Positions 1 to 9,642 of a stretch of DNA of 64,000 nt are shown piece by piece. The notes under the pieces were generated by a model. That model had not been told where the DNA came from. It made no database searches and saw only the letters and a list, made by a program, of their open reading frames with translations. A program made the translations under genes and the position numbers. The stretch is from an uncultured bacterium (GTDB lineage: Bacteria > Chloroflexota > UBA5177 > JANWHV01). The stretch covers positions 608,001 to 672,000 of the forward strand of contig CAWHAE010000009.1 in the NCBI GenBank assembly GCA_963827235.1. The letters are read 5' to 3'. Each line of letters begins with the position of its first letter. Position 1 is the first letter of the stretch.

Positions 1-90
1 TTCCCGTAACGATACGGTAATCAGGCGGCACTACGCTGAGCCTGTGCACTGCATCGCCGCTAACTACCTCGTGAGAGAGAATCGACGTCC

Positions 91-642
91 ATGACCCTGC
101 CACGTCCCCGGGCCGCCGCGGGCAACCCCGCCGCCCGGCCTCGCGGCGCGGCGCCCCGCCTGCGCGCTGCTCCCGCGGGAAAGAGCCGCCGGCTGTACGC
201 GCGCGGATTGCTGAGCGGGCGCGCTCGGCGGCTGTGCCGGTTTGCCATTACCGGTGGACTGGCTGGCGCGATCCAGCTTGCCTTGTTGCTCGCCTTCACC
301 CGCGCCGGCTGGCCCGGTTTGCCCGCCAACCTGGCCGCCTTCGTGCTCTCCGCGCAACTCAACTTCATCATGAGCGGGCTCTTCACCTGGCGCGATCGCC
401 TGACCGCGCTGCCCTGGCCGCGCCGCTGGCTGTTCTTCCATTGCTCCATCGCGAGCATGGCGGTGTTGAACATGCTCGTCTTCGCCCTCGCCCGGCTGTT
501 GCTGCCGGACCTGGCCGCGTCGGCCCTGGGCATCGCCACGGCGGCCACGGGAAACTTCCTGCTTGGCGATCGGGTGGTTTTCCGCGCCCGCCGGCAGACG
601 CAGCCAGCCGCTGCCGCCGCCGATCAGGAGCCGGCCGCGTAG
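91..642 (+). CDS. GtrA-family membrane protein (putative lipid-linked sugar flippase)
   Basis: Four hydrophobic segments with GtrA-like RFAITGG...NF...FTW...NF..G.RVVF pattern; true start may be downstream of 91. Confidence 0.75.
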   Translation: MTLPRPRAAAGNPAARPRGAAPRLRAAPAGKSRRLYARGLLSGRARRLCRFAITGGLAGAIQLALLLAFTRAGWPGLPANLAAFVLSAQLNFIMSGLFTWRDRLTALPWPRRWLFFHCSIASMAVLNMLVFALARLLLPDLAASALGIATAATGNFLLGDRVVFRARRQTQPAAAAADQEPAA

Positions 643-685
643 CCCCGACATGGTGGCCCAGGCGGCGATCCGCTCCGGCCGGTGC

Positions 686-1054
686 TCAATAGAGCAGCAA
701 TGGGTCGAGCCGTTCGCGCCAGAGCGATTCCAGCGTGGCAAGATCCTCCAGGATGTCCTCCCGGCTCATTTCCGGCTTGACATCCAGGACCTCGAGAGTC
801 TCCAGGGAGAACGCCTCCAGGCCATGCTCGCGGGCGTCGTTGACGAGCCGCCGATCCAGGGCGCTGATCGTGTTCGTCGCCTTGGCCCAGGTCAGCTTGT
901 TGCGGATGCTTGCCAGATCCGGCGTAGACCCGAGCAAGACGCGGCTATTCCGGCTGTTGCGCACCAGATACACTCCGGCCTCGGGCCGTGCCTGCTTGTA
1001 CTGCTCCCGCAATTGCTTGCGCCGTGCCGGCCCGCTGCTCTCGTCTACGCTCAT
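686..1054 (-). CDS. GIY-YIG nuclease-family protein (LuxR-associated-like small type)
   Basis: RKQLREQYKQ..PEAGVYLVRN..N.RVLLGS motif; ATG at 1054 preceded by GAGGAG. Confidence 0.7.
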   Translation of the reverse strand: MSVDESSGPARRKQLREQYKQARPEAGVYLVRNSRNSRVLLGSTPDLASIRNKLTWAKATNTISALDRRLVNDAREHGLEAFSLETLEVLDVKPEMSREDILEDLATLESLWRERLDPLLLY

Positions 1055-1354
1055 AGTCTCCTCGCGTCGCTCTGCCGGACGTGCGCTCCTGCCGGGCCGC
1101 ACGTCGAGATCCTGCTTTGGTGTACCGCGTACCGGCACGGTGCGGATAGTCCTGCCGCCACCGCGAGCAGAAAGCTGATACCGTCACAGAGTGCGAGCCG
1201 ACCTGTCTTCGCGGTCGAGAACGCGGCAGGATAGGGTGATGCAGCGGGTCAGGAGCGGTCCGGCCATTCCGCGTGCCGGCCGTCCGCGCTGTGCGGGCCT
1301 CGTGGGCCGCGTGGTGTAGCGAGCCCGGCGTATCCGCCGGAAGGAAGGGCAAGC

Positions 1355-1675
1355 ATGGCTGAGCAGGCACGGGAGGCGTATGACGAGGTGGCGGAGGTGC
1401 TTGCCGGCACCACACCAGCAAGGCTGGGCGCTATGTTCGGTATGCCGAGCCTCAAGATCGGCAGCAAGGTATTTGCCGGCTTCACGCAGGACGGCATGGT
1501 CTTCAAGCTCAGTGGAGCGGACCACCGGCGCGCCCTCGACCTTCCGGGTGCACACCTGTTCGATCCCGGCATGGGCCGGCCGATGCGGGAGTGGGTGGTG
1601 GTTCCCGCTCAGCACGCGGCGCACTGGGAAGAGCTTGCTCGCGCCGCGCTCGCCTACGTCGGCGGCGAGCGCTGA
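1355..1675 (+). CDS. TfoX N-terminal-like / YjbR-like small protein
   Basis: MFGMPSLKIGSKVFAG...MVFKL...FDPGMGRPMREWVVV pattern; GGAAGG RBS. Confidence 0.65.
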   Translation: MAEQAREAYDEVAEVLAGTTPARLGAMFGMPSLKIGSKVFAGFTQDGMVFKLSGADHRRALDLPGAHLFDPGMGRPMREWVVVPAQHAAHWEELARAALAYVGGER

Positions 1676-1837
1676 ACCGCTTTCGCCGCCATACGGTGTC
1701 CGCCGCGCGCCACGATCCCCGGGGGCCGGTTTTCAGGTGGCACTATCCACAGCGGCGAGCCGCCGATAACGGAAAGGCGGCTCGCCGTTGCTACGCGTGC
1801 GCCCGCTCAGCGCGGACGACCGGCGAATCGGTGCCGG

Positions 1838-3109
1838 TCAGCGCGGATAGATGCCGCGAACCTCGAGGGCATGAGCGACTCTCTCCACGGCCACGATATG
1901 GGCGGCCGTCCTCAGCGTGACCCGGCGCTGATCGGCCACGGACTTCACGGTGTAGAAGGCCTTGACCAGTATGTCACGCAGGCGGGCGTTCACCTCCTCT
2001 TCCTCCCACAGGAAGTTCTGCAGATCCTGAACCCATTCGAAGTAGCTCACCGTGACGCCGCCCGCGTTTGCCAGGATGTCCGGTACCACCAGGATGCCGC
2101 GTTCGGAGAGGATGCGGTCGGCTTCCGGCGTGGTGGGTCCGTTGGCGCCCTCGGTGATGAGCGTGGCCCGGATCAGTGCGGCGTTGTCCTCGGTGATCTG
2201 GTTCTCGATAGCAGCGGGCACGAGAACGGTGCAGGGCAGGGTCAGCAGCACCTGGTTGGTGATGGGCTCCGCACCCTGGAAGCCGGTGAGCTTGCCGGCC
2301 TCGGCCAAGTGGGCGTCGACCGCCGCCAGATCGAGACCACTTGGGTTGTACAGGCCGCCGTACTGATCGCTGACCGCGACGACCCGGCAGCCCTGCGCGG
2401 CCAGCGCGTGCGCGGCGCTGGAGCCCACGTTGCCGTAGCCTTGCACGACCACGGTCGCCTCGTGCGGCTCGATCTGCATCATGCGCAGCGCCTCGATCGT
2501 CACGATCATCACGCCGCGACCGGTAGCCTCCTTGCGCCCAGCCGAGCCGCCGATGGCCAACGGCTTACCGGTGACCACGGCCGGAACGGAGTAGCCCATG
2601 TGCATGGAGAAGGTGTCCATCATCCAGGCCATGATCTGAGCGTCGGTGTTGACGTCCGGGGCCGGGATGTCTTGTTGCGGTCCGATGATAATCGAGATCT
2701 CACTGGTGTAGCGGCGGGTCATGGCCTCGATCTCGGTGGCGCTCATCGTGTGGGGATCGCAGATCACGCCGCCCTTGGCGCCGCCGTACGGGATGTTCAC
2801 CACGGCGCACTTCCAGGTCATCCACATGGCCAGCGCCCGCACTTCGTCGAGCGTCACGTCGGGATGGAACCGCACACCCCCCTTGGCGGGGCCGCGCAGG
2901 AGGGAGTGCTGCACGCGATAGCCCGTGAAGGTGCGCATCGATCCGTCATCCATACGCACGGGGAAATTGACGCTCAGCTCGCGCACGCAGCTGCCGAACA
3001 GCGTGCGCACCCCCTCGTCCAGGTGCAGATGATCGGCCGCGATGCGGAATTGCTCTCGGGCTACGTCCAGAGGGTTCGGGACCACCGATAGGATCGCGGG
3101 GCTTGCCAT
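1838..3109 (-). CDS. gdhA: Glu/Leu/Phe/Val dehydrogenase (glutamate dehydrogenase)
   Basis: GPAKGGVRF, PYGGAKGG, DIPAPDV, VQGYGNVG, ANAGGVTVSYFEWVQ motifs. Confidence 0.93.
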   Translation of the reverse strand: MASPAILSVVPNPLDVAREQFRIAADHLHLDEGVRTLFGSCVRELSVNFPVRMDDGSMRTFTGYRVQHSLLRGPAKGGVRFHPDVTLDEVRALAMWMTWKCAVVNIPYGGAKGGVICDPHTMSATEIEAMTRRYTSEISIIIGPQQDIPAPDVNTDAQIMAWMMDTFSMHMGYSVPAVVTGKPLAIGGSAGRKEATGRGVMIVTIEALRMMQIEPHEATVVVQGYGNVGSSAAHALAAQGCRVVAVSDQYGGLYNPSGLDLAAVDAHLAEAGKLTGFQGAEPITNQVLLTLPCTVLVPAAIENQITEDNAALIRATLITEGANGPTTPEADRILSERGILVVPDILANAGGVTVSYFEWVQDLQNFLWEEEEVNARLRDILVKAFYTVKSVADQRRVTLRTAAHIVAVERVAHALEVRGIYPR

Positions 3110-3348
3110 TTCCTTCCATCTCCGTTTCACTCGTGACCGGACGTCCCGGTCGTCCGTCGCCTTTGACGTCCGGGTGAACGATTGACAGCTCCCAGTACGG
3201 CAGCGCCACGGCTGCCCGGCCCGCGGGTTGGCACGTTACGCCATGGCAATCAGGCCGAAGAAGGGAAGTAACGGTCCCCGGCTGCCGCCCGGCAGCCCCT
3301 CGATCTCCTCGACGATCACCGCCGCGCAGAACGGCGCACATACCGGCC

Positions 3349-3380
3349 ATAGCTATCCGATAATCAATATAATGATATGC
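3349..3380. promoter_or_regulatory. AT-rich putative LysR-type operator/promoter region upstream of gdhA
   Basis: ATAGCTATCCGATAATCAATATAATGATAT, an AT-rich island in GC-rich DNA resembling LysR-type sites. Confidence 0.3.
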
Positions 3381-3786
3381 GCTGGTATCGGCAAGCACGT
3401 GGCGCCGGAGCGCCGATCGTCCATCTCAGCCACCGACGAGTGACCCGCACCGCGGCGGTCTCGCGCGCCTGCTCGTGCCGCCGGGCCTCCGCCGGTTAGG
3501 CCTTTGCCGGCAGGCAGGTCGCGACCAAGGTAGTTTGTGGCATGCCCGATGGCGTAGGAGAGCTGATCGGCAAAACCGGGCGCGGTCCTTCGAGCAAACG
3601 ATCGGTCACCGATTTGTCTATGAGGCGGCTGACGAGCGCGTGTGCGGTGCCGAGCAGGGCGATCTGTTGCAGTGCCGGGACGAATGTGTGACGATTCTGT
3701 GGAACGAGCATGGTGGCGGGTCGGGGCCGCCCTGCCGCCGGGCCGGCGAAGAACGCCGAGCACGAAGAGATTTTTAGGGATGGGGC

Positions 3787-4482
3787 TTGCGCGTGGCGCA
3801 CGTACTGGTCGTCGAGGACGAAGCGCAGCTAAACCGGCTGATTTGCGAGCAGCTCCAGGCAACCGGATACCGGGCGACCGGCGTGCACGACGGCCTGGAG
3901 GCACTCAAGCTGCTGGAGACGGTACCTGCCGACCTGGTGATTCTCGACTGGATGTTGCCGGGCATAGACGGCCTCGAAGTCTGCCGTCGCATCCGGGCCC
4001 GCAGCATCACGCCGATTCTCATGCTGACGGCGCGGGCCGAGGAGATCGACCGCGTGCTGGGCCTCGAAGTCGGCGCCGATGACTACCTGACCAAGCCTTT
4101 CAGCATGCGCGAGCTGCTGGCGCGCGCCCGGGCCTTGCTGCGGCGCGTGGCGCTGATGAGCGAGCAGACACAGGCCAGGCGGGACGATACGCCGCTCCGG
4201 CTGGGCGATCTGGAGATCGACGTGACCGGCCGCACCGCGTCGGTGGCCGGCAAGGAGCTGGAGCTCACCCCCAAGGAGTTCGATTTGCTGCACGTGCTGG
4301 CTGCTCAACCCGGACGCGCCTACAGCCGCGAGTACCTGCTTCAGCGTATTTGGGGTGTGGAGTACGACGGCTTCGATCGCACGGTCGACACGCATGTAGT
4401 ACGCCTGCGGCGCAAACTGGGCCCTTTGGGCGACCGGGTGACGACCGTCTGGGGCATAGGCTACAAGATGCTGCCGGGCTAG
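3787..4482 (+). CDS. OmpR/PhoB-family response regulator
   Basis: VVEDE, DWMLPG, GADDYLTKPFS receiver motifs; winged-helix RTVDTHVVRLRRKL, TVWGIGYK. Confidence 0.95.
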   Translation: MRVAHVLVVEDEAQLNRLICEQLQATGYRATGVHDGLEALKLLETVPADLVILDWMLPGIDGLEVCRRIRARSITPILMLTARAEEIDRVLGLEVGADDYLTKPFSMRELLARARALLRRVALMSEQTQARRDDTPLRLGDLEIDVTGRTASVAGKELELTPKEFDLLHVLAAQPGRAYSREYLLQRIWGVEYDGFDRTVDTHVVRLRRKLGPLGDRVTTVWGIGYKMLPG

Positions 4483-4486
4483 AGGC

Positions 4487-4559
4487 ACAGTTTCGCTACA
4501 GTTTTGCCATAGGCCGGCCACAGCCTGCGCATGCTTCCGCCATACCCGCACCCTATACT
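4487..4559 (+). promoter_or_regulatory. Four 11-bp-phased ACAG/ATAG direct repeats plus TATACT -10 box (putative OmpR-type activated promoter)
   Basis: ACAG at 4487 and 4498, ATAG at 4509, ACAG at 4520; TATACT at 4554-4559. Confidence 0.45.
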
Positions 4560-4643
4560 GATTGGAACGATCAATGGCGTGGAGGCTTTGTGGTTTCTCT
4601 CTACACCGGCCATATATAAGGGTATAGGCGCAAGGCTGCTGAC

Positions 4644-6758
4644 GTGACGGATAGAGACCCTCGAGCGGCGAGCGGGCAGCCGCCCGCCGAGACACCCATT
4701 CTCATGCCGTCGTGGTCGATGGCGGCTCCGTTGCGCGCTCCCTTCTGGCAGGCCGCGGCTGAGTCGGTCGGCGGCTGGCTGCTGCTCGTCGTGGCGGCAA
4801 GCATCATGCAGCCCGGCATCTCCGTCCTCGTTTTGCGCCAGCCCACGGCGCCGGGCATCTCCTCCGTCACCGCGGTGCTCGGCTGGATCTGGGTGGTCGC
4901 GTGGCCCATGTGGCGATTGCAGCAGGTCAAGGGTCGGCACGCGTGGACCCGGCTGCCGTTAGGTTTGCTGCGCGTGTGGTTGCAGGCCGCCGTGATCGGG
5001 TTTGCCTGCCAGGCCCTGGCCACCATGCGCGAGGCATGGCCCGGCGACGCCGGCGCACTCGGCAGCGCCGGAGATTGGGGTCTCGCGCCCAGGTTCGCGT
5101 TCATGATGACGACGCTCCGCATCGGCGTCGATCTCGGCGCCGCAGGAAGGAGATGGGCCCGTACGCGGCTGCGCCGCCAGTTGGCACTCTCGTACTTCTT
5201 CGTGATCACGATCACGTTCTTGAGCCTGGCGGGCATCGGCAGCGTCACGGCCGTGCTCGTGATCGTCCACAATCTACCCGATCCTGCCGGGCAGGCGCGC
5301 TCCATCGCCGAGCTGGCGCAGCCGCAATCGGGCAGCGACGCAATCGACGTCACGCGCGCTCGCATCCTTCTGGACGGCGTGGCCAGCGGCAGGTTGAAAC
5401 CGAACAGTCTCGGCACCTCGCCGCTCAACCTATTCATTCCCTGGAGGACCATCAACAGCCGCGTCGAGCTCGTCACTCTCCAGGGAAAGGTGCTGGTCGC
5501 GGTCAATGCACCGCAGGAAACGAAGAGCTGCTCTTCGGCATACCCGAACGAGATCCTACCCGGCCCGGCCCGATCCGCGCTGGTTGCATCCGCCGCCCGC
5601 GGTGCGGTGACGAGCGCGCGCGTTCCTTTCCCCAATAGCTGCGTAAACGGTGTCGTAGCCGAAGCGGCCGCAGCGCCCATCCGCGGATCGCGCGGGCAGC
5701 CAATCGCGGTCGTGCTCGTGCGCGGCGTCACTGTGTCGGCGTCGTGGAGCCAGATCGCGGGCGCGCTGCTGGTGGGCTTCACGGCTGCCAGCGCGCTGCT
5801 GGTGCTCATCACCGTCCTGCCCGCGCTCGGCATCTCATCCGTCGTGTCGGTGTACTTCGCCAGCGGGCTGACGCGCGGCGTAACCGCCGTCTCGCGTACG
5901 GCACGCGCGCTTGCCGACGGCGATCTGACCCAGCGCGTGCCCGTCACGGAAGAAAATGAAATCGGCAGGCTGGCGGAGGATTTCAACCGCATGGCGGCAG
6001 GCATGGAGCAAACCATGGGCGATCTGCGTGCCGCGCGGACCCAGGCCGAGCAGGCGCTACAGTCGCGGCAGGAGCTCATTGCCACCGTCTCGCACGAGCT
6101 GCGCACGCCGATCGCGATCGTGCAGGCTCACCTGGAGGTACTCGAGGCGACCGGCAGCACCGGCCCGGAGGGCATGGGCACCCTGCCTGGAACGGCACTG
6201 CAGGCGCTGCAGAGCGAGATGCAGCGCCTCGCGGCACTGGTGGATGATCTCTTCACCCTGGTGCGCGCCGGCACGGATGCCATGCGCGTCACGTGCGTGC
6301 CGACCGACGCCGGCAGCGTCGTACGCGAGGTGACCGCGTTGCTGGGCCCGCTCGCTTACCGCGAGGGATCGCTCACCCTGGTGGCACAGGTGCAGCCTGG
6401 GCTGCCGGCCGCGCTGGCCGATGCGGATCGGTTGCGGCAGATCCTGGCCAATCTCGTGCGGAACGCGGTTCGCCACACGCCCGAAGGGGGCATGATCGCG
6501 TTGGCGGCAGCCGCGGAGCCGGAGTGGATCGTGATCAGCGTTGCCGATACGGGTGAAGGCATCGCGTCCGAGCACCTGCCCCATGTCTTCGAGCGCTTTT
6601 ACCGGGTGGACAAGGCACGGACGCACTCCAGCGGCGGCGCCGGGCTGGGCCTGGCCATCGTCAAGGAGCTTCTGGAGCTGATGGGCGGCCACGTCGACGT
6701 GCAGAGCACGGTCGGCGAAGGTACCTGCTTCAGCGTCTACCTGCGACGCGCCCGGTAG
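4644..6758 (+). CDS. HAMP-domain sensor histidine kinase with extended N-terminal membrane region
   Basis: HAMP (EIGRLAEDFNRMA), H-box SHELRTP, N-box NLVRNAVRH, G-boxes DTGEGI and GGAGLGL. Confidence 0.93.
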   Translation: MTDRDPRAASGQPPAETPILMPSWSMAAPLRAPFWQAAAESVGGWLLLVVAASIMQPGISVLVLRQPTAPGISSVTAVLGWIWVVAWPMWRLQQVKGRHAWTRLPLGLLRVWLQAAVIGFACQALATMREAWPGDAGALGSAGDWGLAPRFAFMMTTLRIGVDLGAAGRRWARTRLRRQLALSYFFVITITFLSLAGIGSVTAVLVIVHNLPDPAGQARSIAELAQPQSGSDAIDVTRARILLDGVASGRLKPNSLGTSPLNLFIPWRTINSRVELVTLQGKVLVAVNAPQETKSCSSAYPNEILPGPARSALVASAARGAVTSARVPFPNSCVNGVVAEAAAAPIRGSRGQPIAVVLVRGVTVSASWSQIAGALLVGFTAASALLVLITVLPALGISSVVSVYFASGLTRGVTAVSRTARALADGDLTQRVPVTEENEIGRLAEDFNRMAAGMEQTMGDLRAARTQAEQALQSRQELIATVSHELRTPIAIVQAHLEVLEATGSTGPEGMGTLPGTALQALQSEMQRLAALVDDLFTLVRAGTDAMRVTCVPTDAGSVVREVTALLGPLAYREGSLTLVAQVQPGLPAALADADRLRQILANLVRNAVRHTPEGGMIALAAAAEPEWIVISVADTGEGIASEHLPHVFERFYRVDKARTHSSGGAGLGLAIVKELLELMGGHVDVQSTVGEGTCFSVYLRRAR

Positions 6759-6957
6759 CACTGGGCGGCGCTACGACTCCCAGCGGACGTCGAGCCCAAG
6801 CTGCACCACCGGGACGCCTGCCTGGCTGGGGGTCACGATGGCGCCCTGTAGTGCTACCGCCGCCCCCTACGGCGAACACCGCTCCGGCAAGCGCGGTTTT
6901 GGGCGCGGTGACTGCTGCGGGAAGGCACCGCTCCCGGCTCCGGGAACGTAGCAGCAA

Positions 6958-7001
6958 GCAAGTGGGGGCCCTGCTCGTGCACGAGCAGGGCCCCCACTTG
7001 C
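6958..7001. repeat. Perfect 44-bp palindrome between convergent genes (possible bidirectional terminator)
   Basis: GCAAGTGGGGGCCCTGCTCGTG|CACGAGCAGGGCCCCCACTTGC; arms are exact reverse complements. Confidence 0.85.
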
Positions 7002-7052
7002 CGAAACGACCTTGTGCCTGTCCGGTACGGAGCAGGCAGTGCCGCGTCAGGG

Positions 7053-9149
7053 CTACTTGCTGACCTGAATCGAGGGCGCGGTGGCCGTGGCAGAGACGGT
7101 GAAGTTGTCCCACATCCCTGTCGCGAGGTGGCCGGGCACCAGGCATACCAGGTAGAACTTGCCGGGCGTTACCGTGCTAAAGCTGGCGTATTGCGACGCC
7201 GTACCGGACAAGCCCACGGTCGGATTGGGGGTCTCGGCCAACGGGCTGAGATCGGGACCGATCTTGAGCGAATTGATCACCGCCAGGCTGTGTGGAAGTG
7301 CCTGGTCATTCTTGAAGATGAAGTTGACCAGCCACCCGGTAGGCACGATGAAGTTCGCCTGTCCTTTGGCGTAGCCGTTGAAGTTGAAGCCGTTGTTGGC
7401 GGCAGTCGCCGCGGCGGTTACCTCGAACACGACCGTCTTCCGCGCAGTGCTCACGTAGACGTCGTTGCTGAGCTTGGTCAGGCCCTTGGTGGTGATCACC
7501 TCGCTCAAGCCGCCGATCGCCATGCCGTGCACGTTATTGACCGCCGGCAGCTTCTTGATCGGCGCGCCGTTGAGCTTGAAGGCGATGAGCGTGCCGCCCA
7601 GCCCGTTCGGATTGAAGTATCCCTGGGAGCTGAAGCCGCCCATGGCGATGGCGATGTACTGGGTGCCGTTTACCTCATAGGTGATCGGCGGTGCCCCGGA
7701 GCCGACGCCCAGGTTGGCGGTCCAGAGAATCTTGCCGGTCTTCGCGTCGAAGGCATAGAACCTGCCGTCGTCGGCGGCACTGAACACCAACCCGCTTGCC
7801 GTGGCCAGCGCTCCGCCGACCATCGGCGCGGAAACCTGGGTACGCCAGAGATACTTGCCGGTAGTCGTATCGATCGCCGCCATGGTGCCCGATATGTGCT
7901 TCGCGTCGAAGGAAAGCTGAGCGCCGTTGACGATCTGGCACACGGTCAGGGCAGGATAGTAGACGGCCTGGGTCTGCGGGCTATAGGCGGCCGGAGAGTA
8001 CTCGAAGCCGCCCCAGGAGCCGGGGCAACTGAGCTGCGGTCCCTTCGCCTTCGGCGAGGGGTGAGTGTACGTGGTAACGTAGGTCGTCTTCGCGAGGAGG
8101 GCGCCCGTCTTGGCGTTGTATACGAAATACAGACCGGACTTGTTGGCATGGCCGACGGCGCGGACGCTCTTGCCGTTGGCGTAATGCAAGGTGAAGAGCA
8201 TTGGCGAGGGGTCTGAATCGTAGTCATAGACGTCGTTACAGACCTCCGAGTGGGCCCAGAGGAACTTGCCGGTCTTGGCATTCAGAGCGATGGTGGCGTC
8301 TACCCACGGATCGCAGCCGGGCCGATGGCTGTTGTCGAAGTCGGGATAGGGATTGCCGGTGCCGAAGTAGACGATCCCCGTCGTGGTGTCGACGACGGCC
8401 GGCATCCACACATCGCCGCCACTGACCAGGGGCGACTTCGGTACCCAGCCCTGCCCGGCGGCCGGCACGGTGTAGTACGTCCAGAGCTTCTTGCCAGTAG
8501 CGGCGTCATAGGCGGCCACGAACCCGCGGTGCCCTGAATCACCCTCGGCACTGCCCACAAACAGCATGCCGTTCCAGTAGGTGGGTGGCGAAACCTCGGA
8601 GAAGCCGTCGATGGCGCTTGCGACCGTGGTGGTCCATAGCTTCTCGCCGGTGGACTGCTGCAGGGCGATGAGCTGATCATCGAAGGTGAGCAAGTAGATA
8701 TCACCCTTGGCGGCCGTCACGCCTCGGCTGGTCGGGACACCGCCGCCGCCGCCGGCAATCGCCTCGTAGAAGTTCACCTTGGGAGTGAACTGCCACTTGA
8801 GCTGCCCCGTCGCGGCATCCACGGCCCGTACCTGATCCGTGTTGGTGGTGTAGTACATCGTGCCGCCGATCACCAGCGGCACCGTCTCGAACGTCGTAAG
8901 CTTCGGACCTTCTGCCTGAGTCCAGGCAACGCCCAATCGCGAGACGTTGCCGGCATTGATCTGTGTCAGGGTCGAGTAGTGATTGTTGTCCGTGTTATTG
9001 CCCCAGACTGCCCAGTCTGCGTTGGCCGTGCCGGCCGCCGCGGCGCTCTGGCCGATCGTGCCATGCTGCTCTGCGGCAAAGACCGTGCTTGCGACGAGGA
9101 GAGATCCCACTACCGCTATGGCAGCGCCATAGCGACGTGTCCAGTGCAT
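7053..9149 (-). CDS. Secreted PQQ-dependent dehydrogenase-like beta-propeller fused to C-terminal sulfocyanin-like cupredoxin
   Basis: Signal peptide; repeated A.DA.TG...W propeller motifs, GTGNP, YDYD; C-terminal FNFNG...PTGW...LPHSL...CLVPGHLATGMW; AGGAGG RBS. Confidence 0.85.
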   Translation of the reverse strand: MHWTRRYGAAIAVVGSLLVASTVFAAEQHGTIGQSAAAAGTANADWAVWGNNTDNNHYSTLTQINAGNVSRLGVAWTQAEGPKLTTFETVPLVIGGTMYYTTNTDQVRAVDAATGQLKWQFTPKVNFYEAIAGGGGGVPTSRGVTAAKGDIYLLTFDDQLIALQQSTGEKLWTTTVASAIDGFSEVSPPTYWNGMLFVGSAEGDSGHRGFVAAYDAATGKKLWTYYTVPAAGQGWVPKSPLVSGGDVWMPAVVDTTTGIVYFGTGNPYPDFDNSHRPGCDPWVDATIALNAKTGKFLWAHSEVCNDVYDYDSDPSPMLFTLHYANGKSVRAVGHANKSGLYFVYNAKTGALLAKTTYVTTYTHPSPKAKGPQLSCPGSWGGFEYSPAAYSPQTQAVYYPALTVCQIVNGAQLSFDAKHISGTMAAIDTTTGKYLWRTQVSAPMVGGALATASGLVFSAADDGRFYAFDAKTGKILWTANLGVGSGAPPITYEVNGTQYIAIAMGGFSSQGYFNPNGLGGTLIAFKLNGAPIKKLPAVNNVHGMAIGGLSEVITTKGLTKLSNDVYVSTARKTVVFEVTAAATAANNGFNFNGYAKGQANFIVPTGWLVNFIFKNDQALPHSLAVINSLKIGPDLSPLAETPNPTVGLSGTASQYASFSTVTPGKFYLVCLVPGHLATGMWDNFTVSATATAPSIQVSK

Positions 9150-9642
9150 TAGCTTCCTCCTTGTGTCCCGTGTGTCGATACCACTCTGTATGAGCGCCCA
9201 ATGCAATGCGTACTCCGAGTGCGGCGAGCAATCTGCCGTCGTGCCGTCCACCTGATGCCTGCAACACCTCCACACATGAAAAGTGCAGATAACCGGCCCC
9301 ATACGCATGTGGACAGGGCGTGGTCTCTGCACCATGTAAGACGTGAACTGTTAGTCTCCAGCAACCTAATAACAAGTATACACTCGTTTTATTATGTGAA
9401 AGTAAATCCTTTGAGATAGAGCAGCGGTTCGAAGCGCCACGCTCCTGGTGTGACACGACGGCAGGCACGGTATGTGATCGCCGCTCTACGCGTGGCGAAC
9501 CGGGCGGCGACGAACGGGACTGCGCTGGTGCCCAGCCAGCGCTGCAAGGCTCACCAACAGGAGGAGGATGATTCCGGATTCTGATATCGCTTGACCGATC
9601 ACAAGCTTGACGTACCGGGCCACGGGGCCCACGCTTGCTGGT

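Noticed and set aside
1871-3091. 406-aa plus-strand ORF and similar long shadow ORFs (e.g. 7014-8216, 17411-18688, 30605-32542)
   Set aside because: Antisense or alternate-frame shadows of well-supported genes, expected in high-GC DNA
3496-3711. Small minus-strand ORF MLVPQNRHTF... between gdhA and the regulator
   Set aside because: No recognisable motif or clear RBS; insufficient support
8215-8235. Lanthanide dependence of the PQQ enzyme from the YDYD motif
   Set aside because: DYD also occurs in Ca-dependent quinoproteins and the other ligand positions are divergent; cannot be decided by eye
9418-9460. Dispersed repeat AGAGCAGCGGTTC shared with 60449-60461
   Set aside because: A 13-bp match with only weak extension is compatible with chance in 64 kb of GC-rich DNA
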